From NCBI GenBank assembly GCA_020635995.1, contig JACJYS010000001.1, positions 370,191 through 434,190 of the forward strand: DNA of 64,000 bases. The letters are read 5' to 3'. The notes under the pieces are model-generated. The model was not told where the DNA came from and did not search any database. It worked only from the letters and a program-made list of their open reading frames with translations. Of this stretch, positions 17,909-27,619 are shown one piece after another (within the stretch, counting starts at the first letter, position 1; each line of letters opens with the position of its first letter). The stretch comes from Chitinophagales bacterium (GTDB lineage Bacteria; Bacteroidota; Bacteroidia; Chitinophagales; UBA8649). A program made the translations under genes and the position numbers.

Positions 17909-19237
17909 ATGATTATAAAAGACATAATAGTATCTATAGGTTATTTTGTAATTATCATAATAGTTGCAAATCTAATTAAAAAACACTTTATAAAAGAAAA
18001 GTTAAAAAAACATTTTATTTACGGATTATACTTGAAACTTTTAGGGGCAATTTTCACGTATATAATTTATTTTTTTTACTACGGGACTGGAGATACCGTT
18101 TATTATTTTAAACGATCAGAATATATTAAATTTATTTTAAGCAATAATTTTAATCTTGGATTAAAATTACTCTTTAAAAATCCTCAAGTCTATGATCCCG
18201 AAACATACGGAATATTTATAGGTCTTCGGGCGTTTGATGCAAGTTCATACATCGTTGTTAAAATTGTTACTATCTTTAATTTATTCTGTTTTGGTAGCTA
18301 CCCTGCTATAGCACTATGCTTTGCCAGTCTTTCCTTTTTTGGCATATGGAAGTTATTTAATGTTATTTATGAAACTTACCCAGAGCACATAAAGGTTTTA
18401 TCTATATCATTCTTATATTTACCTTCGTTAATCTTTTGGGGATCTGGTATTTTTAAAGATACAATAACTATGGGGTTTTTAAGTCTTTTAGTATCATATT
18501 TTATTCAGTTTATTTTCTTTAAAAAAATAACTATTAGAGGTATATTTTTTTGTTTTATTTCTGTTTACATTATAGGGGTCATTAAAAGTTATATAATAAT
18601 AGCTATAATTCCTGCTTTAATGTTCTTGCTATTTCTTAGTTTAAGAAATAAAATATCAAATTCAATTATAAAGAATTTATCTACTCCAATCTTTATCATT
18701 GCTATTATTTCAATAAGCTTAATAAGTTTAAATATTTTGAGTTCAGTATTTACTAAATTTAATATAAACAATTTAGAGGATAGAGCTAGTGATATGCAAC
18801 GGTGGCACACATATAAAGTTGAGGTACTACAAGGAGGAGACGGCTCTGCATATTCGTTAGGGCAAATAGACTATACTCCGATAGGTATAATTAAAAAAAT
18901 ACCATTGGCAATAAATGTTGCACTTTTTAGACCATACTTATGGGAGGTTTCTAATCCTCTCATGCTTTTATCTTCCTTTGAAAGTTTATTTTTTTTAATA
19001 CAAACGTTATTTTTTTTATATTATGCAGTAAGATCTCTTGGTAAATTATTTAACATTTTAAATAACAATTCCATTATCGTTTTTATGATGTTATTTTCAT
19101 TAATTTTTGCTTTTGCAGTTGGTTTTACAAGTTATAATTTTGGAGCTCTTTCAAGGTATAGAATACCTTTACTACCGTTTTATATTTCTAGTATTATGAT
19201 TTTAACTGAAAAATTAAAAAGTCTTAAACAAAAATAG
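17909..19237 (+). CDS. polytopic membrane protein, candidate Wzy-type repeat-unit polymerase
   Basis: 442 aa with about 10 or more hydrophobic helices. One large hydrophilic loop 'NNLEDRASDMQRWHTYKVEVLQGGDGSAYSLGQIDY'. No family motif recognised. Assignment rests on context only. Confidence 0.4.
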   Translation: MIIKDIIVSIGYFVIIIIVANLIKKHFIKEKLKKHFIYGLYLKLLGAIFTYIIYFFYYGTGDTVYYFKRSEYIKFILSNNFNLGLKLLFKNPQVYDPETYGIFIGLRAFDASSYIVVKIVTIFNLFCFGSYPAIALCFASLSFFGIWKLFNVIYETYPEHIKVLSISFLYLPSLIFWGSGIFKDTITMGFLSLLVSYFIQFIFFKKITIRGIFFCFISVYIIGVIKSYIIIAIIPALMFLLFLSLRNKISNSIIKNLSTPIFIIAIISISLISLNILSSVFTKFNINNLEDRASDMQRWHTYKVEVLQGGDGSAYSLGQIDYTPIGIIKKIPLAINVALFRPYLWEVSNPLMLLSSFESLFFLIQTLFFLYYAVRSLGKLFNILNNNSIIVFMMLFSLIFAFAVGFTSYNFGALSRYRIPLLPFYISSIMILTEKLKSLKQK

Positions 19238-20276
19238 TTCTGTAAAATGATTCTTTATTCTTTTTAATTGAGTATTTATTTAATACTATATTCCTTCCAT
19301 TTATACCAACCTCCTTTCTTAGCTCAAAGTTTTCAATTAGTTCTGATAAAGTATGAATCCATTCATCATCTGTCAAGCACAGATATCCTCCTTCATTATT
19401 TTTTAAAATATCTTTATTTACGCCCACTGGAGAAAGAATAGCTGGAATCTCCATAGACATATACACCAAACCTTTAAGTCCACATTTCCCTTCACTCCAT
19501 TTATCATTGGGAAGTGGCATTAATCCAATATCAATCTCTTCTAAATTTGATTTTTCTTTTTCATACTTCCACTTTTCACCTTTAATATCAAGTACTTTAT
19601 TGTAATAATTTTCATCGCCTATAACTTTAAAACATATCTTTTCCTTATATTTTTCTTTTATATCTATAAGAACTTCACTTAGCAAATCAAAATGTTTTAT
19701 TGTTGTTTGGCTTCCACTCCAACCTATACATATATTTTCTTTATTAGAATAAGGAATACTCCGTTTATATTTATCGGTATCTACACATGTAGGAATTATT
19801 TCAACCTTTTGGTTATATTTTAGAGCATACTTTTTTAAAAATTCATTTCCTACTATTACTTGATCGGCAACCATAATAATCTGTTTTGTTTTATCTGAAT
19901 TTTTTAAAAAGGCAAACTTTTTATTTCCCTCAGATACATCTCTCATCCATATTGCATCATCAAAATCATAGACTAATTTTGTTTGTTTTGAAATTAATTT
20001 CTCAAAAATAGGAGGACCTATAAAAAAAAGCTCTTTTTGTATAAAAGCTCTTTCAAATTTTTTTACTTTAAATATAACTAAATACAATAATTTGAAAAAT
20101 GATTTTAGAATCACAAAGATTTTTTTAAAAAAAACCTTATTACTATAAAAAATTTTATCGTCTTCTTTATTTAACAAAAAGACATATTCATAACTTACAT
20201 CTTTACTCTCTAAATAAGGTAAAAATTGTTCTACTCTATACCGCTGAGAAGGAGACCTTTTCGGTCTGTGTCTCAT
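19224..20276 (-). CDS. glycosyltransferase (GT-B, group 1-like)
   Basis: 'SPSQRYRVEQFLPYL' N-terminal motif is seen in Bacteroidota GT-B enzymes. C-terminal 'GLKGLVYMSMEIPAILSPVG'. The start may be mis-set (see findings). Confidence 0.7.
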   Translation of the reverse strand: MRHRPKRSPSQRYRVEQFLPYLESKDVSYEYVFLLNKEDDKIFYSNKVFFKKIFVILKSFFKLLYLVIFKVKKFERAFIQKELFFIGPPIFEKLISKQTKLVYDFDDAIWMRDVSEGNKKFAFLKNSDKTKQIIMVADQVIVGNEFLKKYALKYNQKVEIIPTCVDTDKYKRSIPYSNKENICIGWSGSQTTIKHFDLLSEVLIDIKEKYKEKICFKVIGDENYYNKVLDIKGEKWKYEKEKSNLEEIDIGLMPLPNDKWSEGKCGLKGLVYMSMEIPAILSPVGVNKDILKNNEGGYLCLTDDEWIHTLSELIENFELRKEVGINGRNIVLNKYSIKKNKESFYRTIFV

Positions 20277-20346
20277 TATAAAAATAATATCTTTTTTATT
20301 TTTTATTGTCCTATTTTTTAAGTTTAAGTAAGATACTTTTTATGTC

Positions 20347-21213
20347 TTATTCTTTTACGTAATACGCTTTTATTTTATCCCCTTTATTTAACAAAGTGAA
20401 TATATAGTTTACCCCTTTCTTAATTATTTTCCAGTACCATATATATTCCATCTTATTCCTAAGCTTTTCATCTTCAGTATCTGCTGCGATATATTTCTGT
20501 TCAGTCTTTTTTGTAGCTATTTTGTGCCTCGTCAAACTAAATCCTGTAGTTTCAACATTTTGTTTTTTAAATTTTATCTTCTGCATCAAATTATTTAATG
20601 TTTTAGGAGTATAATAGCATAGGTGTTCAGGATATGCTATAACAGTCCAATTCTCTTCAAGTAAATTTCTAGATATAGAATTAAAATTAGGTGTAGTTAT
20701 GTAAACTAATCCTCCCTTTCTCAGTATTTTATTGAAATTACTTATTTCTTCTATGGGATTATTGATATGCTCTATAACTTCAAATGAAGTTATTACATCA
20801 AAAGAATTAGAATCATAATTATTAGGGTTTAATTTGCCCTCGTGCATCTTAATTCCTTTGCTTTTGCATATTTCAATTGCTTCTTTTGTAAATTCTGTAC
20901 CATAAACATTCCATCCCCTTTCTATTGCTACTTTTGCAAATAAGCCTATTCCGCATCCTACATCTATTAAATTGTTGTTTTTTCTATATTTTTCAAATGA
21001 ATCTAATATTTCATTATATCTTTTAACCGTTATTGGACTTAAATAATCGTTCCGACCATAACCCTCATAATGTTCTACTAATTCCTTTTCAGTCGGAATT
21101 TTTGATGCAAACGTAAAATTACAATTTTGACATTTAAACATATTGCCTTTTAAATATGCAGTTAATTTTTTAAGATTCTTAGATTTACAAATTAAACATT
21201 CTTTGTGTTCCAT
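20347..21213 (-). CDS. class I SAM-dependent methyltransferase with N-terminal Cys4 zinc ribbon
   Basis: 'CLICKS...CQNC' zinc ribbon. SAM motif I 'IDVGCGIGLF'. 'VITSFEVIEHI'. Confidence 0.8.
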   Translation of the reverse strand: MEHKECLICKSKNLKKLTAYLKGNMFKCQNCNFTFASKIPTEKELVEHYEGYGRNDYLSPITVKRYNEILDSFEKYRKNNNLIDVGCGIGLFAKVAIERGWNVYGTEFTKEAIEICKSKGIKMHEGKLNPNNYDSNSFDVITSFEVIEHINNPIEEISNFNKILRKGGLVYITTPNFNSISRNLLEENWTVIAYPEHLCYYTPKTLNNLMQKIKFKKQNVETTGFSLTRHKIATKKTEQKYIAADTEDEKLRNKMEYIWYWKIIKKGVNYIFTLLNKGDKIKAYYVKE

Positions 21214-21217
21214 ATCA

Positions 21218-22438
21218 TTAATTTAAAATTTCATCATATATCTCTTTGTATCGTTGAACACCGGTACTAAGATCAAAATAATTTATTGCGTATTCTCGTA
21301 ATTCTTCTTTTGTAACGTTTTCTTTTAAAACTTTTTTCACGCTTCTTTTATATTCATCTTCCGAAGCATTAATCCCTTTAACCAAAGCACCTCCTTTAGG
21401 ATAGCTTTTAAGTAAATTAGTTAAATCTCCTATTCCTTCACATGAAAGACATTTTAAACCTGACGCCCAATATTCTCCTAGTTTTGTGGGACTTCTACCT
21501 ATAACAGAAAATCCTGTATTATACATTATCATTCCCACATCTCCTACCATTAAATAATCTCCTACTTCATTATAAAGACATGAAGTTATACGGATAGTAT
21601 CTGTTGTTAAATTTGCTTTTTGTAGTTCCTTATATATAATTGAATGGTCTGAATGAGACAAAAAAAGCAGACAAGTATTCTCTTGTATTTTTTGTAATTG
21701 TTTGTAGAATTTTATAACTAAATCTGTTCTGTAATTTGCCCCAACTGAACCACTGTATAAAAAAACTGTTGCATTTTTATCTATTTTCAATTCCTTTCTT
21801 TTTTGTTCTCTTATTTTCTGGTTAAAAGGTTTAAAAACATCAAAATTTACGCAAGTAGGAATAATTTTAACCTTATCAGAAGAAGAATGTCCTAACTCTA
21901 TAATTTTATTTTTACCAGCATGGGTTAATGAAACTATTATATCTGCTTGTTTAAAATATTTTTTTTCTAGTTTCTTATAATACAAATAAACTGGTTTGTA
22001 AATAATTGAATTCCACAACCCACTTTCCTTTTTTTCATCTGGCCACCAACCTCTCATATCAAAAATGTATTTTGCACTATACTTTTCTTTAAACTGAACG
22101 GCTATACTATTGAGTATATACCCTCTGCAATGGACAATAGTAAATGGACTCTGACTATTTAGTCGTTTTGCCAATTTAGTTGCTCTTTTTATATCATATA
22201 AAGTAGATAAAACAGCTGGTTTTTTTGTATAAGAAAGAGGATGCCATTTAATATTATGGTTCTTTATTAAATTCAAAACTACTTCCTTATTCTTAAAAAA
22301 GTCTTCTTCTTTTTCAAATGAAATTATATGAAACTCTAATTCTTCATTGCTCATTTTTAATAAATAAGAAAGTACCTGACTTTGACCCAAAGGTTCAGTC
22401 ATTCCAGTATAAGAAAGATACAATATTTTATGCTTCAT
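21218..22438 (-). CDS. glycosyltransferase family 4 (GT-B)
   Basis: 'ILYLSYTGMTEPLGQSQVL' N-terminus. C-terminal 'RSPTKLGEYWASGLKCL'. Confidence 0.75.
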   Translation of the reverse strand: MKHKILYLSYTGMTEPLGQSQVLSYLLKMSNEELEFHIISFEKEEDFFKNKEVVLNLIKNHNIKWHPLSYTKKPAVLSTLYDIKRATKLAKRLNSQSPFTIVHCRGYILNSIAVQFKEKYSAKYIFDMRGWWPDEKKESGLWNSIIYKPVYLYYKKLEKKYFKQADIIVSLTHAGKNKIIELGHSSSDKVKIIPTCVNFDVFKPFNQKIREQKRKELKIDKNATVFLYSGSVGANYRTDLVIKFYKQLQKIQENTCLLFLSHSDHSIIYKELQKANLTTDTIRITSCLYNEVGDYLMVGDVGMIMYNTGFSVIGRSPTKLGEYWASGLKCLSCEGIGDLTNLLKSYPKGGALVKGINASEDEYKRSVKKVLKENVTKEELREYAINYFDLSTGVQRYKEIYDEILN

Positions 22439-23393
22439 AATTTTGCAAATACCATTTTTGAAATTTTTTTAATCCATCTTTTAAATTTGTGCTTGGATTG
22501 TAATTGAGTATTTTTTTTGCTTTATCTATAGATGCATATGTAACATTTACATCTCCTGGTTGCATTGGTTTTTTTTGAACGTTTATGGGTTTCCCTGTCG
22601 TTTTATATATTGCAGCTATTAACTCATTTAGTTTTATTGGAGAGTTATTGCCAAGATTTATTGTTTCATATATTTTGTTATTATTTGCTATATACCCTAT
22701 AGCTCCCAATATCCCATTTACTGTATCATCTATATAAGTATAATCTCTAGCCGTGTCTCCATTACCATACATTTGTATTGGCTTGTCTTCATATATTAAT
22801 TTAAAAAACTTATGAATAGCTAAATCCGGTCTTTGCTTGGGACCATAAACTGTAAAAAATCGCAAGTTTATTATATCAATATCATAAATATTATGATAAT
22901 TATAATTCATTAATTCACATGATTTTTTTGTGAAAGCGTATGGAGATATAGGATAATCTGTTGCATCTTCTTCATTGAATGGAATCTTATTATTGTTTCC
23001 ATATACTGATGATGATGAAGCAAATATAAATTTCTTTATATTTTTTTCAACTGCCAATTCTAACAAATTATTTGTACCCTTTATATTCGTATCTATATAT
23101 TCTTGAGGGTTTTTTAAAGAAGGAAGCACTCCTGCTTTTGCAGCTAAATGTATTATTAAGTCAACTTTTGCAGGTATAGAAATAAAGAGTTTTTCTTTTT
23201 CAGTTATGTCTAACTCAAAAAAGTTAAAGTTTTTATGCCTCAAAAAGTTTTGAAGATTTTTTTCTTTAACGTTTCTATCATAAAAATTATCAAAATTATC
23301 TATGCCAATAACATTAAAATTCTTTTCAAGCAAAAATTCTGACAAATTTGAACCAATAAATCCGGCACAACCAGTTACTAGTATATTTAACAT
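22428..23393 (-). CDS. NAD-dependent nucleotide-sugar epimerase (UDP-glucuronate 4-epimerase-like extended SDR)
   Basis: 'VTGCAGFIGSNL' Rossmann motif, catalytic 'YAFTKKS', and 'GIDNFDNFYD' typical of the uronate-epimerase subgroup. Confidence 0.75.
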   Translation of the reverse strand: MLNILVTGCAGFIGSNLSEFLLEKNFNVIGIDNFDNFYDRNVKEKNLQNFLRHKNFNFFELDITEKEKLFISIPAKVDLIIHLAAKAGVLPSLKNPQEYIDTNIKGTNNLLELAVEKNIKKFIFASSSSVYGNNNKIPFNEEDATDYPISPYAFTKKSCELMNYNYHNIYDIDIINLRFFTVYGPKQRPDLAIHKFFKLIYEDKPIQMYGNGDTARDYTYIDDTVNGILGAIGYIANNNKIYETINLGNNSPIKLNELIAAIYKTTGKPINVQKKPMQPGDVNVTYASIDKAKKILNYNPSTNLKDGLKKFQKWYLQNYEA

Positions 23394-23463
23394 GCTTAGT
23401 TAATTGAAAGGTAAAAGTAATTAAAATATAAAAGACCAAGAAACATGTAGCTAAAAGTTATTG

Positions 23464-25329
23464 TTAACCTATGTTTTTTTCTAACCATTGATTCAATATT
23501 ATTATTTGCCACAATTTGTTATATAAATAATCTTCTCCTGCTTTATATCTCTGTTCTATAATTTTTACCTCTTGTATATCAAAGATATTATACTTATTTA
23601 ATATTTCTATACTCAAATACTTATCCATTAAGTAGGATAAGTCTTCCTTTAACCATCTTTTTAAGGGTAAGCCAAATCCTTTTTTGGGTCTATCAAAAAA
23701 CTCTTTAGGTAAATACTCATACAACAACTGCTTTAACAAGTATTTACTTTCTTTATCTTTATACTTTAATTTTTCGTCTAAATTAAGTGTATATTCTACT
23801 ATTCTATGATCAAGCAGAGGAACTCTACTCTCTAATGAGTATTTCATACTAGCTCTATCTACTTTAACCAATAAATCATCTTGCAAATAGTATTGCAAAT
23901 CAAAGAAAGCTTGTTTTTCTGATTCTGAAAATATACGGATTAATTTGGAATTTTGGTCTATATGTAATTCCTTAGAATATTCTTCTTTGTTTAAAATGAT
24001 CTCTAATTCTCTTTCTGAAAAATAATACTGCTCTACAGAGTAAATATTACTAATTAGTCTTTCTTCATCTTTATATCTAAAGTGTTCTGCCACTCTTTTC
24101 CTCTTGTTATTAGACTTTGATAAAGCCCATGCAATTGGTTTTCTTAAATTCTTTAATACCGGGTTCTTTAGCCTATTTGCCCACACATAACTTCCATAAC
24201 CCATAAATTGCTCATCACCTCCATCACCAGAAAGTGTCATTTTAACATGTTTTCTTGCTAATTTTGAAACAATCATTGTCGGCACTGTTGAAGAATCAGC
24301 AAACGGCTCATCATAAACGTCTATTATGCTATCAAAACCATCTATAACATCTTTGTGTGTAACCTCCAGTTCATGATGATTAGTTTTTAAGTAGTCTGCA
24401 ATTTTTCTTGCATATTCAGATTCATTAAAGTTTTCATCTTTTATAGCCAATGTAAAAGTATTTATTGGTTTATCAGAAATGCTCTGAGCTATTGCTGTAA
24501 TGATAGAAGAATCTATCCCACCACTTAAAAATGTACCAAAAGGCACATCGCTAATTAAACGGTACGAAACACTTGATTTTATTAAATTATGCAGTTTTTC
24601 TTTAGCCTCTTTTTCGTTTTGTATTGTATTTGGAGTTATTTTCTTTTTAATATCCCAATATTTTTCTATGTTGATGCCACTTGTTGTTACAGCTATGTAG
24701 CTTGCAGAAGGCATTTTTTTTACTTCGTTAAAAATTGTATTGGGCGTAGGAATATATCCAAGTCTTAAATATTGAGTTACAGCTTCTTTGTTTATGGTAA
24801 AGTTTTCCAACTTATCTTTTATGCCATTTATTGCTTTTAATTCCGAAGCAAAAATAAATTTACTGTCATCTAAATAATAATATATGGGCTTAATTCCCAT
24901 TCTATCTCTAAAAAGCCAAAGTATATTTTGGGCAGTATCAAAAATAGCAATGGCAAACATGCCGTTCAGTTTATACACAAATTGTTTTCCCCAAAGGGCA
25001 AATGCTTCTAACAAGACCTCTGTATCTGAATTTGTTTTCCAATTTATCTTAACATTGGCTTCAATATCTGCTTTTATCTCCTTATAATTGTAAATTTCGC
25101 CATTAAAAACCATAGCATAATTACCACAAGAAGATTGCATGGGTTGATTGGCTCCGGATGACAAATCTATAATACTTAAACGTCTATGACCTAAAACGCA
25201 TTGTCTGTTTTGGGAAACAGCAAAACCTTCCGCATCCGGTCCACGATGCGAAAGTTTATTGGTCATTTCTACCACCCAATCTTTAGGCGTTTCAGAAGAA
25301 AACGAAAATATTCCTGTTATTCCACACAT
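23464..25329 (-). CDS. asparagine synthase-like glutamine amidotransferase (WbpS/WbtH-type)
   Basis: Ntn 'MCGI' start and PP-loop 'SGGIDSS'. 621 aa, inside a glycan locus. Confidence 0.85.
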   Translation of the reverse strand: MCGITGIFSFSSETPKDWVVEMTNKLSHRGPDAEGFAVSQNRQCVLGHRRLSIIDLSSGANQPMQSSCGNYAMVFNGEIYNYKEIKADIEANVKINWKTNSDTEVLLEAFALWGKQFVYKLNGMFAIAIFDTAQNILWLFRDRMGIKPIYYYLDDSKFIFASELKAINGIKDKLENFTINKEAVTQYLRLGYIPTPNTIFNEVKKMPSASYIAVTTSGINIEKYWDIKKKITPNTIQNEKEAKEKLHNLIKSSVSYRLISDVPFGTFLSGGIDSSIITAIAQSISDKPINTFTLAIKDENFNESEYARKIADYLKTNHHELEVTHKDVIDGFDSIIDVYDEPFADSSTVPTMIVSKLARKHVKMTLSGDGGDEQFMGYGSYVWANRLKNPVLKNLRKPIAWALSKSNNKRKRVAEHFRYKDEERLISNIYSVEQYYFSERELEIILNKEEYSKELHIDQNSKLIRIFSESEKQAFFDLQYYLQDDLLVKVDRASMKYSLESRVPLLDHRIVEYTLNLDEKLKYKDKESKYLLKQLLYEYLPKEFFDRPKKGFGLPLKRWLKEDLSYLMDKYLSIEILNKYNIFDIQEVKIIEQRYKAGEDYLYNKLWQIIILNQWLEKNIG

Positions 25330-25332
25330 TTA

Positions 25333-26301
25333 TTATCTGTTATTAAACGGGTGCGAAGTTAGTGGAAGTTTTGCAAATGGATGATATTCTCCTTTCAATC
25401 CTATTGGTGTTTGATTTCTAATATCATGAACAACTTTTATGGCATTTAAGGCTTCTTTTATCCTAAACCCACCACCGGCTAATATATCTTTATAGCTTAA
25501 GGTATGCAATTCTGTAAATCCATCACTAAATTCTATTTCTTCGCCCTCTAAAGTCATACTTCGGTATGTTGTTTTTCCTTTTTCTATAGCTTGTTCTGGT
25601 AATGTATCACTATTGATGCTTAAAAACCAACGTACCCTTGCTCTATCAAATTCTAAATAGCCAGAGGCTCTATCATGGGTGTGTATATGTACTCTATTTT
25701 CTTTAACATTACCAAAAATCCAGCTTAGCATATCGTAAAAATGTACACCTATGTTTGTAGCTATGCCTCCCGATTTTTGAGCATCGCCTTTCCAGCTGGT
25801 ATAATACCATTTTCCTCTGGATGTAATATAGGTCAAGTCAAAATCAAAAATTTTATCTTTTGGGGCTTGTTCAACTCTCTTTTTTAAGGCAATAACACTT
25901 TCGTGCAAACGTAGCTGAAGGATATTGTAAACATTTTTCCCCGTTTCTTTTTCCATATCCATTAGTCCTTCTACATTCCAAGGATTAAGCACTAAGGGTT
26001 TCTCACAGATAACGTTTGCTTGATTTCTCAAGCCAAACCTTATATGCGAATCATGTAAATAATTAGGCGAACAGATAGAAACATAATCAACTTGATTTCC
26101 GGTTCGTTTTAGTTTATCTATATGACGATCAAAACGTTCAAATTCGGTAAAAAAATCGGCTTTAGGAAAATAGCTATCCATTATTCCTACACTATCAAAA
26201 GGATCGTATGCTGCCAACAAATTGTTGTCAGTATCTTTTATAGCTTTTAAATGTCGGGGAGCTATATAGCCGGATGCTCCTATAAGGGCAAAGTTTTTCA
26301 T
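25333..26301 (-). CDS. Gfo/Idh/MocA oxidoreductase (WbpB-like nucleotide-sugar dehydrogenase)
   Basis: 'FALIGASGYIAPRHL' Rossmann motif and 'CEKPLVLN' motif. 322 aa. Confidence 0.75.
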   Translation of the reverse strand: MKNFALIGASGYIAPRHLKAIKDTDNNLLAAYDPFDSVGIMDSYFPKADFFTEFERFDRHIDKLKRTGNQVDYVSICSPNYLHDSHIRFGLRNQANVICEKPLVLNPWNVEGLMDMEKETGKNVYNILQLRLHESVIALKKRVEQAPKDKIFDFDLTYITSRGKWYYTSWKGDAQKSGGIATNIGVHFYDMLSWIFGNVKENRVHIHTHDRASGYLEFDRARVRWFLSINSDTLPEQAIEKGKTTYRSMTLEGEEIEFSDGFTELHTLSYKDILAGGGFRIKEALNAIKVVHDIRNQTPIGLKGEYHPFAKLPLTSHPFNNR

Positions 26302-26302
26302 A

Positions 26303-27577
26303 TTATTTTATTAGGTTAACAAGTTTTTTTATTTGAAGCTCAGAAGAATATTTTCTAATTTTGATCCAGTTGGGGTTATAGTTATCAAAGGTATAAATTT
26401 CTTTCAAAGAAGAATAAACGCCCTCCTTATCCTCGCAAATATAACCAGTTTTAGTCTGTAAAATAATGCTTTCCATTATATCATTGTCCGAAGGAGCTAA
26501 TATTATAGGAACATCTGTCGTTATATATTCAAAAAGTTTTGAAGTAGGGATTCCTTTTAAATTACCATAGGATGTTAAAAATAAAACATTACTCTCCTTG
26601 AGTTTCAAATAGGCCTCACTCCAAGGCAAGCGATCCGATATCTCTATATCAAAGTTGTAATTATTATTAGAAGAATTAAATTCTTTATTCTTAATTTTAA
26701 ATCCTTTGGCTCCAATAAACTGCACTTTAATATTAAGTTTAGGATGGACTATTGCAAATTTATTTACACCTTCAAATAATATGCTAAAATCTTGACTTTC
26801 ATATATTGATCCAGAATAACTAATAACAAATTTATCACTATATTTTATAATACTGTTTTTTGGGAAATCCATTATCTTGTCGGGAAATCCATTCATAACA
26901 ACGTAGACCTCTTTTTCATGTAGCTTTGCTAATCTACTGGCATATAAATTAGATACGGTAATTATTTTAGATGAACTTTTTAGCCATTTCAATTCAAAAT
27001 GCCGATTATACCTATTAATTACCTTATATAATGGAGAATTTTTCTTATATAATTCATTGGTAGTCCAATCATCCCTATAATCTGCAACCCATTTTAAATC
27101 GGGAAATTCCTTTTTTAATAAATATCCAAAATAAAACTGCTCAAATGGGTTACCAGAAATAATTAAAGTTTTTACATCTTTGTTTTCCTTCAAAAAGTTT
27201 TGGATATAATAATACAAATTATTATATGGTATTGCTTTAATAGTAAAATTTTGAAGCACAGTCATTAAGGTTGTTAATAATTTACTAACTAATGCAAAAA
27301 ACTTGTTGTTTTTTCCTTTTACAAAACAGTTATCTCGCCAAGAGGCTTTATATGGTAAATAATGTACTTCAGAGTCTTCTTTTTTTTCTACTCTTATTTC
27401 TTTTCCTGAATCCATTAATCTACTTTCTTCAGTAAGTTCATTTCCTGTCCAATTTCTAGTAATAACAATGGGATAAAAATTATTTTCAGGTAAGTACTTA
27501 TACCAACCGCCTATTCTATTAGCTGCCGTAAGATTGCAAGGGGGAAAATAATATGAGAGGATTAAGACTTTTTTCAC
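26303..27577 (-). CDS. glycosyltransferase (GT-B, family 4-like)
   Basis: 'KKVLILSYYFPP' N-terminus. I prefer the GTG at 27577 to the track's TTG at 27616, which would leave only 3 nt to the divergent gene. Confidence 0.65.
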   Translation of the reverse strand: MKKVLILSYYFPPCNLTAANRIGGWYKYLPENNFYPIVITRNWTGNELTEESRLMDSGKEIRVEKKEDSEVHYLPYKASWRDNCFVKGKNNKFFALVSKLLTTLMTVLQNFTIKAIPYNNLYYYIQNFLKENKDVKTLIISGNPFEQFYFGYLLKKEFPDLKWVADYRDDWTTNELYKKNSPLYKVINRYNRHFELKWLKSSSKIITVSNLYASRLAKLHEKEVYVVMNGFPDKIMDFPKNSIIKYSDKFVISYSGSIYESQDFSILFEGVNKFAIVHPKLNIKVQFIGAKGFKIKNKEFNSSNNNYNFDIEISDRLPWSEAYLKLKESNVLFLTSYGNLKGIPTSKLFEYITTDVPIILAPSDNDIMESIILQTKTGYICEDKEGVYSSLKEIYTFDNYNPNWIKIRKYSSELQIKKLVNLIK

Positions 27578-27597
27578 AACAACAAAAGTAAAATAAT

Positions 27598-27605
27598 TAC
27601 TTTTG
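27598..27605 (+). promoter_or_regulatory. candidate -7 box (TACTTTTG) upstream of the 27620 glycosyltransferase
   Basis: TAnnTTTG 14 nt before the ATG at 27620. Confidence 0.3.
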
Positions 27606-27619
27606 TTTCCTAACAACTT

